Source: an uncultured delta proteobacterium
GTDB taxonomy: Bacteria > Desulfobacterota > Desulfuromonadia > Desulfuromonadales > JACZKF01
Direction of reading: 5' to 3'
Length of the DNA: 64,000 nucleotides
Assembly: GCA_963816395.1 (NCBI GenBank)
Contig: CAWFKQ010000009.1
Span: 192,001 to 256,000, forward strand
The stretch's first letter is position 1. Each line of letters opens with the position of its first letter. Below are positions 9,387-19,889 of the stretch, one piece after another. The position numbers and the translations under genes were made by a program. A model generated the notes under the pieces. It saw nothing but the letters and a program-made list of their open reading frames with translations, had not been told where the DNA came from and searched no databases.

Positions 9387-11252
9387 TCAGAAATGGTGGC
9401 CGCCGGCGAGATAGGCATAAAGCATCAGGAGAAGCAGGGAAACGCCGGTGAACAGAGCAAACCAGCCAAAGCCCTTGATGAAGAAATCGTAGAAAACCCG
9501 GCTCGGCCGTTGCTTGCGGAACTGCTCAGTTCGCCCTGCGGCTTCATAACGACGCCACTGGTCCCCACGCTCTTCGATAAATTCCTCCTTGGTCATCTCG
9601 CCATTGAAGATGACGAAATCCATGGGGAACTTCTCCGGCCGCCCATGCGTATTGAAGAAATGGACGGTGAAGATGAAGCCGGTGGCCAGCAGGGCTTCGT
9701 CCGAGTGGATGATGGTGGCCACATTGAACATCCAGCCGGGGAGGAAGGAGCCGAAGAATTCAGGGAACCAGAGCATAAGCCCGGAGCCGCCGATGGCAAA
9801 CATGCCCCAGAAGACCGCGAGAAAGTCGAATTTCTCCCAGTAGGTCCAGCGGTCGAAGGTAGGCTTCGGCCCGCGGAAGAGGAACCAGCGGATCATGCCG
9901 GTAATATCCCGGATGTCGCGCAGGTTGGGACAGAGTGAATCCGGACCGAACAGCCGCTGCAGCCAGTTTCCCTGGATGTCCTTGCGGAAGAACAGGAAAT
10001 GGATGCTCATCCCGATGGCGGCGGCGAAATAGAAGAAGGTGATGCCGGCGCAGACCCGATGAATGATGCCTGCATTGGTCGCGCCGCCGTACCAGCTCAT
10101 CATCACGTGCGCCCACTGCTGATCGGAGAACTTGAGCGGCAGGCCGGTCAGGGAAAGGCCAAGGAAGCTGATGATGACCAGCAGGTGGAGGAAGATGTGA
10201 CGCGGGTAAAAGCGCCGGTAGATCTGGTGTGCATCGGAAACCACATGGTGGCCGGTGCCGGCGATCAACAGGGCCTTCTTCTCCCGATTCTCGACGAAGC
10301 CGCGGAACATCCACATCAGGGTATGAATCCAGAAGATGGCGAAAGTTCCGGCGAGCAGGCCGGTCATGCTGACGAAGGTCCAGTAGAGAATCGGATAGTC
10401 CTTGGCATCGGTGGGTTCGCCATGGGGATAGAATTCGGTGAACAGGGAAGTGGCATGCGTATGGCACTGCCGGCAGGTAGTCACCAGGTTTTTCGGGTTG
10501 ACCGTGGATTTGGCTTCCCCTGGTGGGAGAACCTGGTGCGCGGTATGACAGTCGGCACAGCCGGCGACCAGCTGGGGATAACCCAGCCGATAATTTTTCC
10601 CGTGGTAACTTTCCATGTAGGTCTTGACCGCCACAGTAGTCACCCCGTTGCGCTTCATCATCTCCGGGTTGCCGTGGCATTTCATGCAGACTTTGGTATG
10701 GAATTCCCGGTTGGCAAACGATTTGGCGTCGCCAAGGGCTTTGATTTCATGCAAGTTATGACAGTCGTTGCAGGCGGCCGAATCCTGGTTGCCGGCGAGA
10801 ACGGCCTGACCATGAATCGAGTCGCGATAGACGGCTTTTTCATCATGGCACTGGGTGCATTTCTCGATGACCCGGCGTTTGTCGCCCTTCCAGTAGCGGT
10901 GTTTGTGCAGGTCCGTATGGCAGTCCGCGCAGCCGATATCATTCAGCATGTGCACGCTGGCGTAGTGCTCGGCGGTCTCCTTCTTGTGGCAGCGGGCGCA
11001 TTTGACCGGCCCCGGTATCACCTCGCCGCTCATGTGCTTGTCAAGCTGGGTGGCTTCCACATGGCAGCTGGTGCAGGCATTCTGCCCATGTACAGAGGCG
11101 GCGAAATCCTCGGCCGTGACAACATCCCCATGACACTCCAGGCAGGTTTTGGGATCGATGGCCAGACCGTTTTCGGCCAGGGCCGGCGGGGCCAGGAGGA
11201 AGAGCAGGATGAAGACAGAAAGGGAGCGGATCAGGTGTGGCAGCGTGGTCAT
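9387..11252 (-). CDS. cbcL: CbcL nine-heme cytochrome c / cytochrome b fusion quinol oxidoreductase
   Basis: Nine CxxCH motifs, then an FdnI/HydC-type cytochrome b domain (DRWTYWEKFDFLAVFWG, IIHSDEALLA); AGGAGG RBS before ATG 11252; 621 aa. Confidence 0.9.
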   Translation of the reverse strand: MTTLPHLIRSLSVFILLFLLAPPALAENGLAIDPKTCLECHGDVVTAEDFAASVHGQNACTSCHVEATQLDKHMSGEVIPGPVKCARCHKKETAEHYASVHMLNDIGCADCHTDLHKHRYWKGDKRRVIEKCTQCHDEKAVYRDSIHGQAVLAGNQDSAACNDCHNLHEIKALGDAKSFANREFHTKVCMKCHGNPEMMKRNGVTTVAVKTYMESYHGKNYRLGYPQLVAGCADCHTAHQVLPPGEAKSTVNPKNLVTTCRQCHTHATSLFTEFYPHGEPTDAKDYPILYWTFVSMTGLLAGTFAIFWIHTLMWMFRGFVENREKKALLIAGTGHHVVSDAHQIYRRFYPRHIFLHLLVIISFLGLSLTGLPLKFSDQQWAHVMMSWYGGATNAGIIHRVCAGITFFYFAAAIGMSIHFLFFRKDIQGNWLQRLFGPDSLCPNLRDIRDITGMIRWFLFRGPKPTFDRWTYWEKFDFLAVFWGMFAIGGSGLMLWFPEFFGSFLPGWMFNVATIIHSDEALLATGFIFTVHFFNTHGRPEKFPMDFVIFNGEMTKEEFIEERGDQWRRYEAAGRTEQFRKQRPSRVFYDFFIKGFGWFALFTGVSLLLLMLYAYLAGGHHF

Positions 11253-11650
11253 GGTACTCCTCCTAGCAAACTTGCTCCACGTGGTCTTTTGGAAAATACG
11301 TGGCAGGTGAAGGTTTCCCGGGGAAAGGTGACCTGAGCTAAATCGATGTTTAATTATATTACGCAAATCATCGCTAATCCGCGATGTTGAATGGAGAATT
11401 TTTAACACAGCGCCATTGCCATGTCAATGTGAAAAGACGCTTAGGTAAAAAAAGAGAAGAAAGGGAGATCGCTTGAATTTTAGTGTGTTATAGCATCAGG
11501 TGCAATCTTCGTTAGTTTATAAAACAGAGAGTCAAAGCAGAATATATGGATAGAAAAAACCATTCTGAATAGAAAATGAAATCTGGCGCTTTCTAAGATA
11601 ATATAGAGGAGGGGGTGGGTAGCTAATGGGAAATGTCCAATCTATAACAT

Positions 11651-11690
11651 AAAAAAACGGGAGATCGCATTGATCTCCCGTTTTTTTTTT
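11651..11690 (-). terminator. Intrinsic terminator of the atp F0 operon
   Basis: A7-CGGGAGATC-GCATT-GATCTCCCG-T10. Confidence 0.9.
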
Positions 11691-11706
11691 GGATTTTTTC
11701 AGAAAC

Positions 11707-11973
11707 TTATTTGCCGACCAGTTCAAGTACCTGAGTGGTGAAGGGGTTGGCGAAAAGGATAATCATGCACACGACGAAAACGTAGATAGCCAGAGACTCG
11801 ATCATGGCAAGACCGATCATCATCGTGGTCAGGATTTTGCCGCTGGCGCCAGGATTGCGGGCAACGCCCTCAACAGCGCTTTTGATCGCCAGACCCTGGC
11901 CGATACCGGTCCCAAGAGACCCGATGCCCATGCCGATGCCGGCAGCCATCATACACCATGCGAAAAATTCCAT
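11707..11973 (-). CDS. atpE: ATP synthase F0 subunit c
   Basis: GxGxG helix, ARNP loop, IESLAIY. Confidence 0.97.
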   Translation of the reverse strand: MEFFAWCMMAAGIGMGIGSLGTGIGQGLAIKSAVEGVARNPGASGKILTTMMIGLAMIESLAIYVFVVCMIILFANPFTTQVLELVGK

Positions 11974-12047
11974 TTCCCTGCTCCTTCTTCTGCTGTTGTT
12001 TTTTATTTTTCCTATACGATATAGGACATGATTCCGCCACGCGGAAA

Positions 12048-12723
12048 TCAGTGAGCTTCTTCAAGGGCGCCGGCGATATAGATCATGGCCAGCAAGGTAA
12101 AGACGAATGTCTGGATGAACGCCACCAGCACCCCCATCAGCATCATTGGTACCGGCAGCAGGAAGGGAACCAGCGCGAGAAAGATCATCAGAACGATTTC
12201 GTGCCCGTACATGTTGCCGAAAAGACGCAGCGACAGGGAAAGAGGCCGGGCCAGATGGCTGATCAGTTCGATGATGAACATCAGGGGCGCCAGAAGGAGA
12301 ATCGGCCCCATGAAATGCTTCAGGTAGGAAAATCCGTGCTCCTTGATGCCCACGAAGTGCGTCATGGCGAATACCGTCAGGGCCAGGGCGGCGTTGGTGT
12401 TCAGGTTGGCCGTTGGCGGATAGAAGCCGGGGATGAGGGCGATCAGGTTGGAGACCAGGATGAACAGAGCGAAGGTGGCAATCAGCGGAAAATACGCCCG
12501 TGCCCTTGTGCCCCATCGTTTCGTCAATCAGGTTTTCCAGCCAGGTGACCACGGCTTCCATGAAGTTCTGCAGGCCGGAGGGAACCAGCTGCAGACTGCG
12601 GGAAGCGAAGAACGCCAGCAGGATGAGGACCAGCATGACAAACCAGGTATAGGTGACGTGCTCGGGGACATCGACGTGGATCTGTTCCGCTAACCACTGG
12701 AAAAAAAGAAACGGATGGATCAT
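12048..12723 (-). CDS. atpB: ATP synthase F0 subunit a (frameshift near 12525)
   Basis: PSGLQNFME in the 5' [16 protein letters not shown] and [10 protein letters not shown] in the 3' ORF. Confidence 0.95.
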
Positions 12724-13106
12724 TGATTGTTATCTCCTCGTGCAGTCACTCTTATGAGGATGGTCAGAAGCAGGTTAATGATGACAACCGACAATCCGGC
12801 GGCCAAGGCGGCGGGTTCAACCCGCACTGCCGCGATAAGGACGGCAATGGCTGCAGCCAATGTGGCCAGCCGGAAAAGGAACGAAAACTGGAAGCGCTTG
12901 GCCGATCCGGGCGAAGGTTCGCTCAGTGCCTGCTTCAGCGAGTAATGCAGCCAGTAAAAGCCGGCGATCGAAATCAACCCGCCGGCCAGCACTCCGAGAC
13001 TCACGGCCGCAGAACCCCAGAGAAGGCTCAGCAGGACCAGGCCGGCGAGAATCCACCAGTTGCGCCGGGCCATCTCGGCCGGCAACTGTTCATCCCGGTC
13101 GTTCAC
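12720..13106 (-). CDS. atpI: ATP synthase protein I
   Basis: Four-TM protein directly upstream of atpB with an ATGA overlap. Confidence 0.8.
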   Translation of the reverse strand: MNDRDEQLPAEMARRNWWILAGLVLLSLLWGSAAVSLGVLAGGLISIAGFYWLHYSLKQALSEPSPGSAKRFQFSFLFRLATLAAAIAVLIAAVRVEPAALAAGLSVVIINLLLTILIRVTARGDNNQ

Positions 13107-13360
13107 CCGGTCCGTCGTCGTTTTTTTTATTCTCATCCTCCTGTCGCTTCAGTTCACGCTGGGTCAGGATAAAGATGTTCCGGAACCCAGCTATGATGCC
13201 GAAGAGCAGGAAAATCAGGGTCAACCAAGGAGTAGGTGCCGAGCCACCGATCAAGGTAGTAGCCCATGGCCAGGCCAATAAAGGTGGCCGCCACCATGGA
13301 GATTCCGATGCTCGACAAAAAGCCGAGGGTGCGAATGAGACGAGGGCGATCCTCAGTCAT
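13090..13360 (-). CDS. atpZ: AtpZ/AtpI-family (ATPase gene 1) protein (frameshift near 13235)
   Basis: GLAMGYYLDRWLGT joined to PWLTLIFLLFGIIAGFRNI. Confidence 0.8.
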
Positions 13361-13364
13361 GGTT

Positions 13365-13432
13365 ATCTGTATACAGCATACAATCGCGTGGGAAAACCCG
13401 AGTTGAATAGCATAGGCTTTTCACAATGTCAA
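13365..13432 (-). promoter_or_regulatory. atp promoter with an HgtR-like operator next to the start codon
   Basis: Minus strand TTGACA-17 bp-TATTCA (13432-13404); ATCTGTATACAGCATAC at 13365-13381 matches the site upstream of nuoA. Confidence 0.65.
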
Positions 13433-13458
13433 CTGCTTTCGCGGTAAACAAGGGTGCT

Positions 13459-14205
13459 TTAATCCTCGCCCCGCTTGCGCCCTCGCCAGTCCCGGAGGCT
13501 CCAGGCGATCTGATCCCACATCCCGCGCAGCAGACCCAGTTCGGAGCTGGTCAGCTCGGCGCGGCGGAAAATTTGCCTGAGCTGGGTCATGCGCGATTCC
13601 GGGCGGGCCGGGTTGAGAAAGGCAATGTTGAAAAGAATTTGTTCCATGTGGCCAAACATTGCCTCCATTTCTCTCTGCGCCGGCATATCCTGGACATCCC
13701 GCACGGGAGCTGCAGTGGTCGGCCGGGATAATTCATAGAGAAAAACGAGCACCGCCTGAGCAAGGTTGAGAGAGCCGGTAGCGAGGGCGGAAGAGATAAA
13801 GGCAGAGTGGGTGCAGAGGGCGACTTCCTCATTGGTCAGCCCCGCGTCCTCACGGCCGAAAACCAGCCCTAGTTTGCCGCCGACTGGCAAGGTATGCAGC
13901 AAGGACGGAATTTCAGAGGAGGGCCGAGGCGTCCCCCGCAATTTCCCTTGCCGGCGGGTGGCTGCGACTGCCGCGTGGAGGTCGGCCAGGGCTTCGGCTA
14001 AAGAGGAAAATACTCGCGCACTGCCAAGCAGGTCCTTGGCGAAGACGGCGAATTTATGCGCCTCCGGATGCAGGTACTGGCAGGGTTTCACCAGGCGCAG
14101 TTCCGCGGCGCCAAAATTGGCCATGGCCCGGCAGACCATGCCGATGTTGCCGGGGGACTGTGGTTCAACCAGAATGATGACGATTTGCTCGAGAGGGCTG
14201 CTCAT
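13459..14205 (-). CDS. trmJ: TrmJ/LasT-family SPOUT RNA methyltransferase
   Basis: LVEPQSPGNIGMVCRAMANFG, LVFGREDAGLTNEE, SLNLAQAV. Confidence 0.9.
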   Translation of the reverse strand: MSSPLEQIVIILVEPQSPGNIGMVCRAMANFGAAELRLVKPCQYLHPEAHKFAVFAKDLLGSARVFSSLAEALADLHAAVAATRRQGKLRGTPRPSSEIPSLLHTLPVGGKLGLVFGREDAGLTNEEVALCTHSAFISSALATGSLNLAQAVLVFLYELSRPTTAAPVRDVQDMPAQREMEAMFGHMEQILFNIAFLNPARPESRMTQLRQIFRRAELTSSELGLLRGMWDQIAWSLRDWRGRKRGED

Positions 14206-14311
14206 GGAGTACGATACGCAAAAGAGAGGGAGAGGCCAAGGGCCTGGATATGGCCGACGGGTGCCTTCGGCAGAAGGAAACGCAAAGACCAGGCTTTGCG
14301 CACCGGAAGAA

Positions 14312-15596
14312 TCAGAGATTCTTAAATGCCTTGCGGGCAGCCTCGATGGTTTTGTCGAGATCTTCCGTGGAATGCGCGGCGCTCATGAACCCCGCCTCGA
14401 ACTGGGAAGGCGCGAGATTGACGCCAGCCTCCAGCATGGCCCGGAAGAAGCGGCCAAAGGCAGCGGTATCGCTCTTTGAGGCATCGGCGAAGGAGTAAAC
14501 GGGCCCTGCCTGGAAAAAACGTGCAGAACATGCCGCCGACCCGCTGCCAGCAAGTGGGAACCGGGGAATCCTTGGCGGCCTCCAAAAGGCCTTTTTCCAG
14601 GTAGGCGCTTTTCTCCTCGATCATCTGGTAAAAGCCATTCTCCTGCAGCAGCTTCAGTGTGGCAATGCCGGCAGCCATTGCCAGGGGATTGCCGGAAAGA
14701 GTGCCGGCCTGATAGACGCCGCCGACCGGCGAGAGCTTTTCCATGATTTCCCGTTTGCCGCCGAAGGCCCCTACCGGCAGGCCACCGCCGATGATCTTGC
14801 CGAGACAGACGAGGTCGCCGCGCACCCCGAAACGTTCCTGGGCGCCGCCGTAGGCGACGCGGAAGCCGGTCATCACTTCGTCGATGATCAGCACGATATC
14901 CTCGCTGTCGCACAGTTGGCGCAGTCCCTCGAGGAAACCGGGCCTGGGGGCAACGCATCCCATATTGCCGGCAATCGGTTCAAGGATGATGCAGGCGATC
15001 TGGCCCTGGTTGGCGGCGACCAGACGCTTGACATCCTTCAGGTCATTGTAGGTGGCGGTCAGAGTGTACTTGGCAAACTCGGCCGGGACTCCGGGGGAGG
15101 TAGGGACGCCGAAGGTGGCGGCGCCGCTGCCGGCCTTAACCAGGAGAGAGTCGGCGTGACCATGATAGCAGCCATCAAACTTGAGGATCTTGTCGCGGCC
15201 GGTAAACCCGCGAGCCAGGCGAATGGCGCTCATGGTCGCTTCCGTGCCGGAGGAGACCATGCGCACCATTTCGATATTCGGGTAGGCGGCGGCGACCATT
15301 TCGGCCAGTTCCACTTCCCTCTCCGTCGGTGCGCCGAAGGAGGCGCCGTCGGCGGCGGTCTGGCGGATCGCCTCCACCACTTTCGGATGGCAATGGCCGA
15401 GGATCATCGGTCCCCAGGAGCCGACGTAATCGATGTAGCTGTTGCCGTCGACATCGATGATCCGGGAGCCCTCTGCCCGCCGGATGAAAATGGGATCACA
15501 GCCGACTGACTTGAAGGCCCGCACCGGACTGTTCACCCCGCCGGGAATGATGCGCTTGGCTGCGGCGAAAAGGGCCGCTGATTTCTGATGGTTCAT
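14312..15596 (-). CDS. hemL: Glutamate-1-semialdehyde 2,1-aminomutase (frameshift near 14512)
   Basis: [32 protein letters not shown]; repaired C-terminus ...[11 protein letters not shown]...AFKNL* ends at 14312. Confidence 0.97.
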
Positions 15597-15968
15597 TTAT
15601 TCCCCCTTATGTTGAGTATATATGGGTGTTCGCATGGCGTACGACTGACAGCGTAGCGGCGTAGGCTGGCATCGGATTACGGTCGACAAATATAGTACAT
15701 GTCCAGTTCGGGGGCCAGAAAAAACCGATGCTTTTCTGGTTGCCTGCAGTTTGTCGTCGCGAAAGAATACGGAATTTTTCCGGTGGTGGCGCGCTCTCTG
15801 CCGGTTCAAAATGCCGTGATATGGCATCGGCCACCTGAAAAATGTCGCATGACTGGAAGAATACCTGAAATTACGGTTGCTTGAAGAATGAGCTGCAGAA
15901 TAGAATTTTTTCCAGAGAGGAGGGGTGGGCGGAGATAGTAAAATAATAAAAAAACGTTTGTTTTTGGC

Positions 15969-15997
15969 TTGACCTGTACGTAAATGTCAGATATAAG
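15969..15997 (+). promoter_or_regulatory. fadL promoter with a LiuR-type operator over the -35
   Basis: TTGACC-17 bp-TATAAG; box TTGACCTGTACGTAAA at 15969-15984. Confidence 0.75.
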
Positions 15998-16156
15998 CAG
16001 ACCATTAAATGCCGGATTGCCGATCCCGTGCCTTGCCGAAAAGACGGCGGGGATTCGGGGGGATTGTGGTTATCGGCAGAGAAATATTTCCCAGGTACTC
16101 GTCAGGCCGATTCGAATGGGAGAAAGATTTGCTTGCCAGGAAAAGGAGGAGTCGAG

Positions 16157-17517
16157 ATGGGAGGATGGTTGTGTTAAGCGGTTGATGCAGTCTGTGGGTT
16201 TGGCAACTGTCGCGGCCGTACTCGCGGCCGGGGTCGCCCATGGAGCCGGTTTCGCTCTCATGGAGCAGGGCGTTAAAAGCCTGGGCAATGCCTTTTCCGG
16301 CGGTGCCGCCGCCGCTGAGGATGCCACGACGGTCTTTTACAATCCGGCAGGGTTGACTCTGCTCAAAGGGCAGCAGGCGGAGGTGGGAGTCCATGTCATC
16401 AAAACCAGTTTTCAGTTCGACAATGAAGGCTCCACCCATGTACTCACCCCCCTTACCGGCGAGGGGCTCACCGGGAATAATGGTGGCGATGCCGGGACCT
16501 GGAACGCGGTCCCCAATTTCTACTATGCGGCCAATCTGGAGAACGGCTTCGCCGTTGGTTTCGGAGTGGAAGTCCCCTTCGGTCTCACCACCGACTACGA
16601 TGATGGGTGGGTTGGCCGTTATCACACTCTGCGTTCCCATATCTTCACACTGAATTTAAATCCCAGCCTCGCCTGGCAGATTACCAAAAAGTTGAGCGTC
16701 GGGGCAGGCTTCAGTGCCATGTACATGAATGCCGAACTCTCGCAGGCCATCGATTTCGGCACCATCCTGGTCGCCGCCGGCGGCACCCCGCAGCGAGACG
16801 ACGGGAAGGTGGAACTTAAGGCCGACGATTGGGGTTTCGGCTATAACCTCGGCGTGCTTTACCAGTTCAGCGACGGCCACCCGTCTCGGCCTCAGCTATC
16901 GCTCCCGGGTCAAGCAGGATCTGAAAGGCGATGCCGACTTCTCGGTGCCGGCCAAGGCGCAGGCGATTCTTGCCGGACTGGGGTCTGGCGCCTTTCGGGA
17001 TGGCGACGCTTCTGCCGAAATCACCCTGCCGGACATGGCCTCCCTGAGTCTCTATCACCGGATCTGTCCGCAACTGGCGCTCATGGCGGATGTCAGCTGG
17101 ACCCACTGGTCGACGCTGGACGAGCTGCGGATCCAATTTGACAATCCCGAGCAACCTGACAGCATCACCACTCTCAAGTGGGAGGACGCCTGGCGCTTCG
17201 GCTTGGGGGCAACCTATACCCCGGTTCCGGTCTGGGATATCCGCCTCGGTGCGATGTACGACCAGACCCCGATCCCCAATGCCGAGCGGCGCACCCCGCG
17301 CCTGCCCGACCAGGACCGCTTGTGGACCGCCATCGGCACCAGTTATCGATTCACCGACGCCTTCTCCGCCGATCTCGCCTACGCCCATCTTTTCATGCTG
17401 GGAAATGCCAAGGTCGATATGGAGCCGGTGGGGGAGAACGCTACCCGGGGCGGCTTGAAAGGCAGCTACGACAATACAGGCAACATCGTCAGCGCCCAGG
17501 CCAATTATAAGTGGTAG
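16157..17517 (+). CDS. fadL: FadL/OmpP1-family long-chain fatty acid outer-membrane transporter (frameshift near 16878; start 16157 or 16185)
   Basis: AGFALMEQ, DATTVFYNPAG, PFGLTTDY, RLPDQDRLW; C-terminal YKW. Confidence 0.9.
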
Positions 17518-17582
17518 AGACACCTGGCGGAGGGTAGCTCCACCGGCATAGCTCCGGATTGCAGATTCCGAAGGAGGATGAA

Positions 17583-19651
17583 ATGAACACCAGCCGTACC
17601 CGCTTCTGGGTTCTTCTCGCGATACTGGCCATGCTCCTCACCGCCTGCGGCGGGGATAACAACGACACCAACACTCTTGGCACAAATCCTTTGGTTACCG
17701 ATGGCGGAACGCCCCAGGTCTTTGCCCTGTTCGATCCGGGTCCGCAGATCATGCCCCTGCCCAATGACGTCGTCTGGCAGGCCGATGGCGATCCGGAGGT
17801 TGAACTGGCTGCCTGCCGCCGGCGATTCCCCCGAGATGACCCAGCTTAAAGGCCCTGGTCAATGCCCAGGGGCTGCTCGGGCTCTCTCCCAATATGTTTC
17901 TCACCGTTCCGGTCAGCGGAGCCGTGGATGCCTCGACCCTCGAGCTTCTGGTCTTTCGCACCGACGATCCCCAGCTTCCGGCCCTGCTGAACGGTCTGAA
18001 TACGGGCGACCTGGCCGCCGTCGGGACCGCCCTGGCGCAGATGGAGATCCGCACCGCCAGCGATTTCATGGTGGTTCCCGGGGCAGGAGTGATCAAACTG
18101 CTCCCCCACACGCCCTTTACCCCGGCGCTGCCTATGCCGCAGTGACTCCCCGATACCCTGAAGGACGGCAGCGGTTTTCCGGTGACCTCCTCCATCACCA
18201 TGCGTGCCCTGAAAAGCCGGGAGCCGTTCACGGCGGATTCGCCCTTCTTCAAGCTCGAAGCCCTGCGCGCCGCCTTCAACGACGGCAGCCCGAGCCTCTT
18301 CCAGGTGGTGCAGGGGGTCAGCGGGGCGATCAACCAGAATGCCGGGCTGACGCGCGACGACATCCTGGTGCTGTGGACCTTCCATACGGCGGCCGACACC
18401 CTGTCCCTGACCCCCGCCACGCCGGGAAGCAGCACGGTCGATTATCCGGTCGGCGGCGGCGCCGATCCCTTCGCCGTCACGGCGGCACAGTTCAAGGGGA
18501 TGAGCGCCCTTTTCAGCGCCAACCAGCTGACCTGGCTGGATATGAGCAGCGGCAGTCCGGTTCCTTCGGCCACCCCGGTCGGCCTGCCGGCATCGGCCTT
18601 TCTGGCATCCGTCGGCATGTCCGCCATTCCCAGCGACCAGCTGGGCAATATCTACTTCGGCGCGTTCCAGAGCCCGGTGCTGGCCACCGGAGGCGCAACG
18701 ACGGACAGCGTCCCCTTCCTGCTCACCGTCCCCGCGGCACCCGCGCCGGCCGGCGGCTATCCCGTGGTCGTCTTCCAGCACGGCATCACTTCCAGCAAGA
18801 ATGCCGCCCTCCCCATCGCCAATTCTCTGGCCGCGGCCGGTTTCGCCACGCTGGCCATCGACGCTCCCTTCCACGGCGACCGCAGAACCCAGGGCGCCGC
18901 TTCGGGAGACGGTTTCTTCACCACCAACCTGCTGCAGAGCCGCGCCAACGTCTATCAGGCGGCCGTCGATCTGTGGGAGACGCTGGATGTGGTGAGCGCC
19001 GGGATCGACCTCGACCCGTTGCCCGACGGAGCCGCCGATCTGGATGCCGGCCGCATCCAGTTCGTCGCTCACTCCCTCGGCTCCATCATCGGTTCCGTCT
19101 TCCTCTCCCAAGAGACGCGGGCGCAGCGGATGGTTCTCTCCAGCCCATCGGCGCTGCTGGTCAATGTCCTCGACGAAACCGCTCTGCCGGAAATGCAGGC
19201 CCTGGTCGGCTCTCTCGGCTATACGCCGGGGACCACGCCCTATTATGTATTTCTCGACCTCGCGCAGTGGCTGATGGATCCGGTGGACGCCGCTTACACC
19301 GGCATCGGCGCCAACAGCAAGGACGATCTGCTCTCCGTCTTCGCCTTCGGCGACCCCATCGTCTCCACCGATTCCACCCGCGTCTTTTTCACCAACCTGG
19401 GGATGAATCTTTCCGAAATCGTCGCCGTCGATCCCGCCACCGTCGGCGTCAGCTTTCCGGCACCGGCGGATTTAACGGCCGGTGCCTATCAGTACGGCAT
19501 CCCCGGGCACCCGATCGTCCACAGCTTCCTGCTCAGCCCGCTGTTCGATCCGGTGACGGAACCCTATTATGCGAACTATGTCGCCGCCGACCAGCTGCAG
19601 GCGACCACCGGGGCGCAGATGCAGGTCGCCGGCTTTCTGGCGGCTCCCTGA
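17583..19651 (+). CDS. Lipoprotein lipase/phospholipase, VolA/Pla-1/Cef-like alpha/beta hydrolase (frameshifts near 17810-17850 and 18125)
   Basis: Lipobox LTAC, MPLPND, YPVVVFQHGIT, AIDAPFHGDR, nucleophile elbow AHSLG, C-terminal HSFLLSP. Confidence 0.8.
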
Positions 19652-19705
19652 CCGGAATCTGAACCCCTGAAAACCGGCAGCAGCGATTCTGCCGGTAGCA
19701 CAGCC

Positions 19706-19741
19706 AGCCCCGGGGCGCGCCGCAGCGTCCCGGGGTTTTTC
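19706..19741 (+). terminator. Intrinsic terminator
   Basis: AGCCCCGGGGCGC...GCGTCCCGGGGTT followed by a T run. Confidence 0.7.
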
Positions 19742-19829
19742 ACTGTGCCGGAAGGGGAGGTGCGGCGGCTCCAGTTCATGGGGGGATTTGAGCAGCCAGG
19801 AGAAGGTAAAAAAATGTTCTGAATAATGA

Positions 19830-19858
19830 TTGACGTGAACGTAAAAGTAATATATAAA
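19830..19858 (+). promoter_or_regulatory. fadD-operon promoter with a LiuR-type operator over the -35
   Basis: TTGACG-17 bp-TATAAA; box TTGACGTGAACGTAAA at 19830-19845. Confidence 0.8.
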
Positions 19859-19889
19859 CTGTCTCATCGCTTCGGGAGGAAGAACTGTC

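Noticed and set aside
11605..11619. AGAGGAGGGG(G)TGGG shared with 15916-15929
   Set aside because: Low-complexity purine tract with no consistent position relative to genes; probably chance.
11707..13360. ATP synthase operon lacking F1 and b subunits
   Set aside because: A split atpZIBE operon is normal in this lineage.
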